This document shows positions 12,272 through 24,077 of a stretch of DNA of 35,143 nucleotides, one piece after another. Source of the DNA: Pelomyxa schiedti (lineage: Eukaryota > Protista > Evosea); the NCBI GenBank assembly GCA_020536535.1, contig JAHLWZ010000973.1:1-35143 (forward strand). Direction: 5' to 3'. The translations under genes were made by a program, and so were the position numbers. The notes under the pieces were generated by a model, which saw nothing but the letters and a program-made list of their open reading frames with translations, was not told where the DNA came from and ran no database searches. Positions within the stretch are counted from its first letter, which is position 1, and every line of letters starts with the position of its first letter.

Positions 12272-15200
12272 ATGACCGAGTGGGAAGAGATGATGACGGC
12301 GGTACTGGGCGGTGGCGAAACCGAGGCCACGACCGGCCCATTGCCCCCCGTGTGCAACAGGTGCGAGCACGACGCAGACCCGACGTGGTGCCACATCTGG
12401 CGCCAGGCGAGCCAGGTAGCACCCACGGCCGTTGTCGCCGACCCGCAAGGGGGGCGAAGGCTCGGCGCGCAGGGGGAGGGGAAGGAGGCGGCCTCCGGGC
12501 CGTGCGGCGGCGGCGACCCAGCGAGGCCGGGCGGGGCAGGCGCGGCGGGGAGCGGGAGGCAGGGAGGGGGGTGGCCCGCGATGGCGTGGTGGGAGGACGC
12601 GTGTGCGGTGGCGTCGAGTACCGGGATGTGGAGGGTGAGGCAGCGCGCTGTGGTCTTGTGCCACGTCACTTTGTGCCACGTCACTTTGTGCCTTTGTATT
12701 TTAACCCTCTCTCTCTCTCTCTCACACCTACCACCCCCTTTTGGTGTTGGGGTTTTTTTTTTTCTTCTTCTTCTTGAGACCGTCCCTTCTATGCTGTAGT
12801 TGTTGGTGTTCTATCTTTGGAAAGTAAATTGGGTTTCCTAGGGGAATCTGCTGCAGTCGAGATTGACATTGCAGCCCATGCAGCCGTTATTAGAACTGGG
12901 TGCTTTTGTGTACTTGATCTCCACTCACAGGTCAGGTTGGCTGCATATCGTTTGCTGTTGGATCATGGATTGGCCACATGTTCATCTGCCACAAAGGGCG
13001 TCCATGCTCCACAATTACAAGAAGCGGCCACTAAAGAAACTGCATACCTGGAACAACACAGTGCGAAACTCTCCCTTGAAGTGGAAGCAAGCTTGCTACT
13101 TGGTCTAGTGGATGAGGATGAAGATGTTAGAAGGATATGTAAGAAGAGCGAAGACAGCCTTACTGCTATGATAGGACAGCACACATTTACAGTGTGTCTA
13201 TAGGTGTATTTCTTTTACTTACTGTTGGCAGCTACTGGATTACTTACTTACCGAGTTGGCTTCACCGCCAAGTTGCGTGTGGTCCCACACTTATTCCCCA
13301 CTTAGAAAGTATGTGAGAGCACTTTACATGGCTCTCTCACTTTCAGGCCTCGAAAAAACGTGGGGATCTATGGCAACAAACAAACTCCAAGCGATTTTCA
13401 CCACCCTCAGGAGTGTCAGCACCCAAAGTAAAGAAAAAAAAAAACCAGAAGAAAATACTGATGATACATAAAAAAAAAAAGAGGGAATCACCGCTGAGGA
13501 CCTCAAGCTTTCTCTAAAGTATATCTCAAAAGTAGCAGCTGCCCCGTTGCTGCAGAGTCTTACAATAATGTTGGTTGGATCATTATGATATTACATCAGA
13601 AAACAAAAATAGTCAATTACATACTAATCCCATCTGCAGCAGGATCAAGCAACTGATGGTTTGGATGTAGAGCTCCTGGATTTTTACATACAAGCAGTGC
13701 CCTTGGTTACACCCATCTCTACCCTGCTGCTTGATATCATCCACCTTTGCTGCAAACACGTATCTGTCAAGGAAGAGTTCAAAAATATCGAGGACAGGAA
13801 AATCTATGACCCTGAACGATACAACAAAGAACTTCCAGTATTACAAAAAATTGTATCCAACACAGAGCACATCCTGAGTTTGATGAAATCCCTTCTTTTA
13901 GTCATACAGCCTTCTGCAAATGTCTTTTCCTTACCAAAGTAATACGCAGTAACTTGCAACAGGAATCTACTTCAGTACTTTTGGATTGCGTGGTTGTCTG
14001 TGCACCCTATGCATACTCGTCCACTTTTTTCTGGAGTGGGGTACAGATGCAACAATCTGCTACAGGTTGGGTCATTTCCTTCCTCCTCTTGGGATTAAGT
14101 GCACCAGAGGTGTCCAAATTGGCTGCAGCAGCTACAGGGTGCACTCTTGGAGCCTTTGTCAGTACGCATTTCAATATCATCCACGGCAAGCTTGGACCTT
14201 ACATTCAAGATTATGCATGCAATATTTCTGTTATTGGGTTCACTTGGCTTGTGACTCAAGTCCAGGTTACCCACTTCTCTCCAACTCCTCCAAACTCTAA
14301 CGGGCAGAAGCACCCTCTTTTCTCTTCTTTAGCCGATAATTGTGTGAATCATGCCAAAGCATTATTGATGGATCACCGTCCACTCTATAATATTCTTGGA
14401 TCTCAGTTGGCTGTTCACTTGTGTTACAATGTATCTGCTGTTGAACTGCGATTTTTCTCAAAATCCATGGCTGAGGTCTGCCAACTATTTAAACCTGAAA
14501 ATGGTTAACGATTTAAGGCAGTGGAGAGCTCTATGTGTGTAGCCAGAGAGGAAGTTTGTGCCCTAGTGCTCCCCATGGCACTTCAAGTTTTCCACATTTT
14601 AGAGCCAACGCCCACAGCCACCATTTGGGAAATAACCTTAGAAAAATGGACAGAAACAATCAGACTTACAGTTGATGCCTCATGCCGCCGGGTAAAGCGC
14701 TTATTGTTGACCGACTCGCCATTAATATTCATATACAGCTTTACATGAAGTACTATGTTATCTTATTGAAATACATGGGAATCTGCTCAGTTTCCCACCT
14801 GAAGGTTCACTTCACTTCAAAGCTATGGATCCCTTAAACATTTTTAGGCCATTTTTGATGTTTTAGATGGTGCGGCTCTGAATGTTGACAGTGAATTGAC
14901 TACCAGTATACTACTCTGCCTCAAAGTTCTTGTTTCCACATGTTATATGAGGTTCGATTGTGAAACATTCACCAAGTCACACTAACTGTAAACAGAGTTT
15001 CCTGTCATGCACCAGTTATTTTTAGAATTCTCTCCCGTCTTTGGTATAACGAGTACCCACACACTACCGCGATTGAACCTGAGATAAGGCTGGTTTGTAT
15101 GGCTCTACAATCGTGTTGCTCTGGAGTGGCAGTTCAAGTACGACTATTTGAACCTCTCAAACCAACTCATGTACCCCCTAGGAGTTAATTGATAAAGCAG

Positions 15201-15352
15201 TTCCCTATAAAGACCTTGCCGGTTTAAGTACTATTCTATCCACACCACAACACACAACTGCAACCTCTGATAATTCCTTGTACTGCTGCACAGTACACAC
15301 ACTATCCAAAACGGCATGGTGCTCTGTTTGTGGTGTGCGCAAAGGAAACTAG
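12272..15352 (+). CDS. TTI2: TELO2-interacting protein 2 (TTT complex, HEAT repeats) with N-terminal HEAT-like extension
   Basis: The C-terminal half matches TTI2 motifs: FTWLVTQV, LLMDHRPLYNILG..HLCYNV.AVEL, RRLYMKYYVILLKYMGICSVSHLK and LCLKVLVSTCYMRVSCH..IFRILSRL (human WPRVSCRLVVLLKALLKL). The last exons and the stop position are uncertain. Confidence 0.72.
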
Positions 15353-15479
15353 AAGCTAATAAAAAAGAGGGATCATTCCCAAAACTCACAAATATTGTTT
15401 TTGTGTACCACTATTAATACAATCATATTAATTAATTAGCTGTCAAACTAGAGATGATATCAGGCTTGAGCCGAGTCGC

Positions 15480-18095
15480 CTAGCTGCTCACTTCTGTGTC
15501 ACAGGGTAACAACTCATGGAGGTTCTGAGCTAAAGGAACCAGGTTGGAATGCTTCTCCAGTGATTCAATGAGTTTCGTTGGGTGTGACAGCTGGGTACCA
15601 GAGACTACGGCATTGATGAGAGTCAGAGCGCAAAGGCGGAGCGTTTGAGTAGAGGTTGTGGAAAAGTGGGTGGCTGTGGATGTGGAGGTGGACGTGGACG
15701 CGGATGTGGATGTGGATGTGGATGTGGAAGTGGATATTGTTGAGGTAGACTCTTCGGTGGTATTAGGGGCAGAAAATGAGGCTATTGCCTCAGTCTGGGC
15801 GTTGGAGCTTTCTTCTTCAGTAACCCCTGGGGATGGGGTACAGGCCCGTACAATGAAGGAATTGCCAGGACGGGGTGTGGAGGGTGGGGAGGGTGATGAG
15901 GAAGGTGAGGGTGGTGATGGTGATGGTTGGTCATCGACACTGATGGCAATTGTGGTCATGTTGGACAGCAGTGCCGGAATGGCCGACTCCGATTTTAATC
16001 GTGCTGCGGGCGTGTGTTGGACAATAGTATGGACCAGTTTCACAAGTGCAAAGCGGTGGAGGAACGGAGTAGAATTCGGCTCTTCTGCAGCTGTCTTAAT
16101 AAACTGCGTGAGACAGGGTAAATTTGCTAGGAGTACAGGGGCAACTTCGTCAGTTCGTATTGCAGTAAAAAGGGATAACGAATGGATATATCTGCTGAGT
16201 CAGAGTGAGATTGCGGGTCCTAGTGAGTTTGAAATGATACCAGATATTGAAGGAGGAAAGGCGACTGCATAGCAAAGAGGCTATCTCAGCAGCTTCAGGT
16301 ACGTCAACAGAGCTACAAGATGAAGTAGCTTGTGATGACATGCACAAAATATTGAATTCTCCCCACAGAGCGACCTGTGCTTGCTGAGTTGGCGTCGGTG
16401 TGGTACGGAAGCCAGGTTCGACGCGTTGTGATACAGGAGGCTGTGGTGGCACATGGGTAGTACATTGCTTTCTGACATGAATAGAAATAGTAGAATGAAG
16501 TAATGTCTCTAACGCAGTAACGGCTAACATAGCGCATGGAGCATTTGTTTCTAGTGCTGTTTTTACCACACCACTGCAGGATCTACATAGGAGCCCAGAA
16601 AATGCCGGTTGCGAGTTCAATATAGCTAGATGAGAGAATAGGGTTGTAGGATCCCAATTTGGTGACACAGAGGAATTTTTTGATTCTGTTTCATCCTTTA
16701 ATCGGGCACATAGACACCCAAGGGACTCAGAAATCCGATTTACGACTGGTTTTGTTTCTGCTGGGAAATCACGGGTAATATTACAGATCAAATTCATTAC
16801 AGTAAACACAAGCTGAGATTCCCAGGGGTACAGTAGTATAGCATGCCACATTTCGTTTAGAATAGGGAGGCAAAGAGATATGGTTCCCGTAATTCCGTTC
16901 GAGGAACAAACTCGCACAAACTCGGCAGCTAGTTGGAGAACCCGATCTCTGTCAGAGTGTTTGCAGCGGCTCTTGGGTGTAAAAGGAGTATTAATACTGC
17001 TAGGAAAATATGCCCCTCTTCCACAAACTCGTGCCAAGACAGCGGATATTTGCTCAACTTTTTGTGTAAACTCAGCATTGTTGTTAACCATGTATCCACA
17101 AACATCGGGTGCAATCTTTAAGAAAAGGAAGCACAGGTCTTGAGCGCTGTGTGAGCGTAAGATTGTTGCCCTTGTCCAAATTTCTGGCAGAACTTCGTCG
17201 AGACCAAGAAGTATGGAAAGCTTTGGTTGGCGACCAGCATTACACATGTTTTGTACTGCACGTACTAGAGCCATTATGGCAATCGTAACGGATGAATGAG
17301 CTGGTGGGCCGTAATTGGGGATACCACTATCACATTTCAGGTCCAAAGAACTACGCAAGGAAAGCCAGCAGGACTGTAGTACATATTGATCAGTTGTGCC
17401 AAGCATGTCACACATGGTCCAAATATCAACCAGACCTGGAAGATGCTGCGAGTGGCCACGCAATGCATAGCTGCACAAAGTAGGCCTTTTTGCAATAAAA
17501 GCCAGTGCTTTGAAACAGTGGTGAAGAAAGAGGCTTTCCAAACAAAGTCCACAAATCCTATGAGGAAAAACAACAATAAAGAAATTAGTTTTAGTTGCCA
17601 TAAAAAGGTGAATAAATACATTGCACGTGTATCTGGAGACATAGCTCTTTTATTCCTGAAAATTTGCATTATAATAGAGTGTGACTCCACTCCCAGACTG
17701 GGTATTGCTAATGACACAAGCTCAAACATATGCCAGTCCAGTAATTGCTCATCCAAAACAGCAACACCAATGCAATCGACTTTGGGTTGCTGCGGTGGTC
17801 TACATATTATTTTACTATTTGACTTTCGATTAAAACGATTTTCTGGGGCAAAACAAAACCCAAAAAAAAAACCCAAAAAACGAAACACAAAACAAGCGTA
17901 CAGCTCATAGAATAATGAAAACATAATATACTTGGGGGCTTTGGGATTAAGAGGCCGGACGACCGGCAGTCCCACGACTTGGTCCAGCATCCTGCGCATA
18001 ACAGACCTCCTAACCTCGTCCTCAGGAGATGCCAACGCATTAACCACCGAGGCACTCCCCTGCATACTTCTTTGCATAAAGCACACTTCACTCAT
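15480..18095 (-). CDS. Large uncharacterised helical (ARM/HEAT-like) protein with a Ser/Thr/Pro low-complexity C-terminal insert
   Basis: Three long minus-strand ORFs (17337-18095, 16150-17601, 15480-16043) can be joined by GT-AG introns. Leu-rich amphipathic helices; no family recognised. Confidence 0.6.
15670..15740 (-). repeat. Degenerate (GATGTG)n hexamer repeat (plus-strand unit) encoding (ST)n on the minus strand
   Basis: Tandem GTGGAT/GTGGAC units are visible. Confidence 0.8.
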
Positions 18096-18379
18096 TTCGG
18101 CTTACTATTAGCACATACACCACACCGGGCGTTGGTTTCGTTGTTGCGCGTTTGGTTATTGGGGTTATGTTCTTCGGATATCAAACGCAAATTAAAGTTT
18201 GCGGAACAGATCTCGGAGCCAATTTGCTTGGGATGTCCAGTGGTGAGAATCAAATCTTTCACGCCATATGAAGGGTGAGATTACTCGATATGTGAACGTG
18301 GACGTTTCTGATTGCCATTTCGAGCTCAAGGGACAGAACGGGAGTGGACTTGAAGCACGCGAAAGGGAATTGTTCATAT

Positions 18380-19993
18380 TTACAGGCCCGCTCCATGTTG
18401 TTCAACAACAGGATGGGTGTCCTCGTCCGGTTCTGCTTCCATATCATGCTCATCATCCTCATCTATGGGAGGAGGTTCTTCATCTTCATCCTCATCCTCA
18501 TCCTCATCTTCTTCGTCTTCGTCATCAACATCCTCATCACTGGTTGCATCAACACAGTATCCATCTGGATTGGTTCCGCACCACTTGTGCAGAATTTCGC
18601 GTGCGCCATTGGCTTTTTCGGCATAGGCCATCCGCATTTGACGAACAGCTTCCCGGTAGTCCCAGGTTACACCTTGCGCAAAGCGGTAACACAAAGCAAA
18701 GTTCAGGGCACCAATTCCATTTCGCTGTGCTGAAGAGTGCCCATATAGCTCAGCAGCTTTTTTGGTATCCTAACGGTAAGTTAGTGCTGTTTGACCCTTG
18801 CATTTTAGCCGACTTTAGTCACACCAGAACCAGTTTGATAGCACCAACCAAGGTTTGATTGGGCAACTGAACTTCCTTGATAAGCAGCAATAGAATACAA
18901 TCTGGCAGCTTCTGTTTGATCCTTTTCAACTCCTTTTCCATTGGCGTAGCACCAACCTTGAGAGAGATCAGCACTTACACATGTACGGTTATTACCTAGG
19001 TTGCATGCGCTTTCAGCAATTCCGAGCTCATATGCCTTCCTAAGAAGATATTAAATGAAATGCTCCAACTAAAAATGACAAACTTAAATAATGCAACCGC
19101 TCTCGCTGGATCGGCAGCAACTCCTGTGCCGTTTTTATAACAGAGTCCTTTGTGGAATGGCCATGAAAAAAAGATTTAACGGGAGCAGCACAAATTACCA
19201 AGGTTACTGAGGGAACTAGAATCGCCATTGGCAACAGCTGCGGTATAGAGCTCAACTGCCTTAGTAGGGTCTAAAGGAACTCCTGCTGCATGCTCATAGC
19301 ACCACCCTGTTTCATTAAATATAAGTTGGGACTTTTTCTTCTGTTATGGGAGGAAACCCAAGTTAAATTGAGCATCAGCTAAATTTTTATCAGCACCGTA
19401 TTGAAACAATTCACTGGCCTTCTTCATGTCTTGAACACCTTGGGTACCTATTCCATGCTATTGGATATAAATGCCTATGAATCATTTTGAGAGGACATGC
19501 CTTCATGCATAACGCCAGGAAATAAGCATGGTATGGAGAAACAGTGCAACCTGCAGTGAGTACTGCACAAGCCTCTAGCTGTCTGGAAAGAGGGGCACTC
19601 ATGGCCAGCCCCAAAAGGGCCCCACGGGGATTCACAGTTGTAGGCATGAGGTCCATCATTGTACCACGGTGATGACTACACCACAAGGGCTCCGTCAGCA
19701 TGAATCAAGGAACAAAAAAGCCAGAACCTGTACAAGTTACGCAAGACCAATGTAGCCAGAACATTGTTCTTGTCACAGGCCAGTCTCATTCTCAATGTTG
19801 CACGTGCTGCAAACGGGTCCTTATCAATCATTTTTATCCAAGCGCTTACGTCTGCCAAAGGGCAAAAAAAAAAAAAAAACCAGTCAGTTTGGCCGCGCAA
19901 TCGTCGGCTTTGCAAAGCCGACAAACTACTACCGTCGTTAGGCCACCTATCTACAACAACGGCACCACGTTGACCAATAACAACAGCATCCAT
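18380..19993 (-). CDS. Sel1-like repeat protein with acidic C-terminal tail
   Basis: Repeats AQFNLGWCYEHAAGVPLDPTKAVELY, SACNLGWCYANGKGVEKDQTEAARLY, AQSNLGWCYQTGSGVTKDTKKAAELY and ALCYRFAQGVTWDYREA, followed by a D/E tract. Confidence 0.88.
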
Positions 19994-20115
19994 TGGAACC
20001 GCAGCCAGCCCCACACAACGGCTTTTTTTTTATTTTTATTTAACAGATCGTGTGGCCAGGTGTGATGAAGTCGACCCTGCGCCACACGCGCCGTTTGGAA
20101 TATGAATTATGGTGT

Positions 20116-21240
20116 CTAGAAGAGAGACCGGCGTTGGTTGATGCAGAATTCAGACGAGAGTGACACAGAGAGAACCACGAAACCAGAGAACGCCTCTGTG
20201 ACACTCAAAGTATCGCCTCTTCTTGTGAGTAGGAAGCCCGACCCCGCATAGATAATGCAATCTCCAGGGGTCTCACTAACCTTCAGTGGGGTGGTGAGGT
20301 TGTTGCAATTCCATAATTCAAGGGTCCCACGTGGATAGGCAGTGTTTGAGGGTTCCTGGACGTGAGTGCAGAAGACACAACTGTTCAGTTGAGAGAGTGC
20401 GCAGATTCCCCTGCGAAGCAGCGTCACTTTGCCACTGGAAAGTTCAACGTGGAACACTCTGGCCCTATAACCAGCCATGAGGGTAATTGTACCATCGCAT
20501 CGCCTGAAGGGCAGTAATACAGGCGGCATCAAAAGATAGTCGGCCAAGAAACCGGCCTCCTGGTCGCTGTGAACCTCTGTCACACTCACAAGGCGAAGGC
20601 GTTTCTCAGAGAATGTCCTCTGAATGTCAATTACAGCGACAATCACCGGCTCTGACCCTCTACGAGAGCAGAGAACTACGTGATCAGGGAGGTACTTGGA
20701 CCAAGCGAGCACTTTGAGCTGCACATCGAGGTCCGTTATTGCGACCTCGACCATGGAGGAAGGGGGGTCGCTACAAGTCAAGTCCCACACTTCCAACTTG
20801 CTGGCGCTGATCCGAACCTTCCACTTCTCGTTGTTGGTCGACAGACGCTCGCACCAAAGAGCCGGCCCAGTCCACCGGTGCACATTCCCAAGAGCCAAGA
20901 CGCCGGCCCCGTACCCGGGAACAGGAATCTCGTCTCTCTGGTCCAAGGAGCACCACGCCTCGAGGGACGGTGCGTGGGTGACGCCCAGCAGCGCGGGAGA
21001 CACGCCAAACGCCAGGAACCCGTGGTGGTCGTCGTCCCCCTTCCCGGCGATGCGCACCAGGAGCCTGGCCGCCCCGCACGCGTCTCGTATCAGCCGCACG
21101 AGCCCGGGGTCGCCCGCCCACAGGCGCCGGGCCGGGCTCGAGGCACCACACCGCCCGTGGCTCGCGGACGCGAACGCCGTCAGCTGTTGCTGTGCGTCCA
21201 AGGTCGCGGTGGTTCGTGTCAGGTGGGGTCGATTGCTCAT
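20116..21240 (-). CDS. Intronless lineage-expanded family protein (N-terminal AFASASHGRCGASSPA motif plus beta-rich body)
   Basis: Long uninterrupted ORF with ATG at 21240. The N-terminal motif is recalled as typical of expanded Pelomyxa hypothetical proteins. The C-terminal part has short beta-strand periodicity (propeller-like, inferred). Confidence 0.7.
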   Translation of the reverse strand: MSNRPHLTRTTATLDAQQQLTAFASASHGRCGASSPARRLWAGDPGLVRLIRDACGAARLLVRIAGKGDDDHHGFLAFGVSPALLGVTHAPSLEAWCSLDQRDEIPVPGYGAGVLALGNVHRWTGPALWCERLSTNNEKWKVRISASKLEVWDLTCSDPPSSMVEVAITDLDVQLKVLAWSKYLPDHVVLCSRRGSEPVIVAVIDIQRTFSEKRLRLVSVTEVHSDQEAGFLADYLLMPPVLLPFRRCDGTITLMAGYRARVFHVELSSGKVTLLRRGICALSQLNSCVFCTHVQEPSNTAYPRGTLELWNCNNLTTPLKVSETPGDCIIYAGSGFLLTRRGDTLSVTEAFSGFVVLSVSLSSEFCINQRRSLF

Positions 21241-21310
21241 TCCGATTTGAACGGTTGATGAAAGTTGGTAAGTTTGTACTTCCGTGAAGGAGACAAGCAA
21301 TAAACCGTGA

Positions 21311-22860
21311 ATGAGCCGTAAGTACACGATTGGGGAGGGCGGCGGGGCAATATGGCAGGACAGAGAGATCAGATTTGACATCCCATTACAGTTACCTTTT
21401 GAGTTTTCTGTCCGCTACTTTTTGACTCCTCTCTCCCCAAAAGGGCCACACAATTGAGGAGGGGAGAAACTTTGGTGGAGTGCATTGACGCAGTTGAGGA
21501 CACAAAGGGAAATAATGGTGAACATGGATGCCTCACTATTTCTAATTTGAGGCTGATATGGTATTGCACCAAGTACCCAAAGACAAACTTGAGTATGCCC
21601 TGTCTAGTTGTGAATGCTAAATTATAGTGACATGGATTATCGTTTATTAATGGGAGGGTGATTTACCAAGAGAAAAGGTATTGGTTTCAATTGCATGATT
21701 AACATCACTGTTCGTGTTGCAAATAGCAAACTTCGAGGAACAACTCAGGTTCCTTATTTTCATTCAAAAACCTGGTCTTTTTCCTTTTTGAACCAACCCT
21801 CTCCTTAACGAAGGCCCTTTATGTTCTTACGAAGTTCGCTAATACTCGCTTTGAGTTTGTATTTACAACGCTACTGCCAACTAGTCCAAAATTATTCACT
21901 GCAGTACAAGCTGTTTACCAGTTTGTTTGAGGGGAGGAACCTAAACAAAGCTAACTTTTCCAACCAAAAGTGCCTATGAAACCAGCCGGTTGTATAGGGA
22001 TCTAAAATTAAGAGGGTCAGTTGTGCATGAGAAGTCCCTATTGCTTTTATTAAATGAGGAAGTTTACAGTAAAGTACCCTTTTCTTCACAATAGGAAAGA
22101 CTTGGCTAATGGAACTTCAGGTTGACAATGTCTGGAACCTCTCATCTGACCAAGGAAACCTTGGCACCTTCTTCGTCACAAATGTGAGGCTTGTTTGGTT
22201 TGCTAATTTAGCAGAGAATTTCAATGTTTCAATTCCGTACCTGCAAATGGTTTGATCCACGTCCTCTCAGTTGTCACTCATCTCAGTTGAGAAATCCATC
22301 AAAGTTCGCGAGTCAAAGTTTGGTCCTGCCTTAGTAATTGAAACACTACCCCAAAGTGGTGGTTATGTCTTGGGCTTCCGAATTGATCCACCAGAAAAAC
22401 TAAAAGGTTTGTTCACCTTTTTCCGTTTTCTCATCAACTATAGCTGTTACCCTTGAGATACAACGTGTCCACCAAATATTCTCACAAGAACCAATGTTCG
22501 GAGTTGTTATTCCCTCCAAGGTTGCACTCAACTGACCATATTTTTATGGCTTACAACTTATAGACAACGCCCACACCATTCTCTTTTACTAGACAGCTTG
22601 AGGACAGTGAGCTACACACCAACAACCGCTCAAACTTCTTCTCACCCACCTTAAGGTGAACTCATAATGAGCGACCCACAACCGGATCCAATGGCATTGT
22701 ATTTTGCGGAAGCCAACAAAATGGAAGACAGACCTCCCGTCTACAATCCTGAAATAGGTTGGTGAGGGAAAAATCCATTGCACCTAATAGCAGCTTAGGA
22801 CTTGCAGTGGAATCCCTTCCTACGGGTGTTACAATGCAATCACTATGGTCCGTTTTGTAA
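21311..22860 (+). CDS. BBS5: Bardet-Biedl syndrome 5 protein (BBSome subunit), about 10 introns
   Basis: [97 protein letters not shown]. Confidence 0.97.
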
Positions 22861-22901
22861 AAAAAATTTTATGTGGAACGGTTCTTTTCGTATCAAAAAG
22901 C

Positions 22902-23986
22902 TCAAGGTTTGTGGGCAAAGGAATCAAAGAAATCCATCATGGATTCAAACTTTATGGTGGAACCCCACAGATGAACGAAACCGCATTGATCAAAAAGGGA
23001 AACCCACTCTTGTCGTGTATGATAAAACGCACGTAAAGTGAATGGTGTCTCTGGTGTAAAAATCTGTTTAGTTTCAGTTATTTTTCGTTAAAAAAAACCT
23101 CGGGAATCATACATCACTAAAAATACAGTGGTACATATCGAGATAGACTCCAAAGGTGGGGTCTTGAACGTTGTGCTCTTTCAAAATAACCCTGCCATTT
23201 GGTGCAAGTACTCTCTTAACTTCCTGTAAAATGTTAATAGAAGAAAGGAGTGGCAAATATTTTCCTGAAGAACGGCGTTTTGGTTCACTGAGTGATGCAG
23301 TGTCATCAGAATTGTGACAAGATCTATTGATGCGTCCTCAATTCCGGGTAATCTGGCACCATCAGCACAAGTTTTGAATGTAAATGTAGTTCTCTCAGTT
23401 TCATTGTAGTGGCTGCAGGCCACCTCAAATAGGAATTAAATCAGAGTGCAAGGATGCAACTATATTGTGTAATTCGGGTCACAGTCACCTCAAATCCCAC
23501 AACATTCTGGGATTCTATGTTGAATTTCTTTGCTATTGAGGCAGTCTTATCGCCCTTTCCACATCCCAAATCAACATACTTCCTTGGTACATACGTCGCA
23601 CCAGAGCCCTGTTTCCTAACTTAGGAACACTAAGAAAAAAAAAAAAAAGAGAAATATAAGTTATATCTTGTCCCATATCCCAACTTTCAAAGATAAAAAA
23701 AAAAGGTTTCTACCTTCCAGGCCTCATTTACGCAGTCCGCGGCCCAAGTTGAGAAAGCCGGGCCACACGCACCCATAATTTGTGACATGTGGGATTTGAT
23801 TACTTGGACCAACCTGCGGACTCTATCGGGGCCGTCGGGCATTTGTGCCAGCTCCTCGAGGACTCTGGGATCAACAAGGACATCAACAGGCTCAAGAACC
23901 TCCTCTCTAAACACTTTGTACAACAGATGCCACACTCTGTCATCCAGTCCTTCCGCAGACACACCAGCCGGTACGTACTCGGTCAT
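22902..23986 (-). CDS. Class I SAM-dependent methyltransferase (Methyltransf_11-like)
   Basis: Motif I YVDLGCGKG, acidic residue in VVGFE, LPGIEDASIDLVTILMTLHH, LQEVKRVLAPNGRVILKEHN, and C-terminal YHTRQEWVSLFDQCGF after splicing. Confidence 0.88.
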
Positions 23987-24077
23987 CGGATTGTTTGTTT
24001 TCCCGGAACATTCTTGGAAAGCAAAAGTTGAGTGCTGTTGAGGCCAGGGGGAGGGGAACGCGTGTGACAATTAGAAA

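Noticed and set aside
12657-12691. Tandem 15-mer TGTGCCACGTCACTT x2
   Set aside because: It is a short intronic duplication with no other copies seen.
15658-16272. VD-repeat 204-aa plus-strand ORF
   Set aside because: It is antisense to the Ser/Thr/Pro low-complexity exon.
18268-18858. His/Pro-rich 196-aa plus-strand ORF
   Set aside because: It is antisense to the acidic tail and Sel1 repeats of the minus-strand gene.
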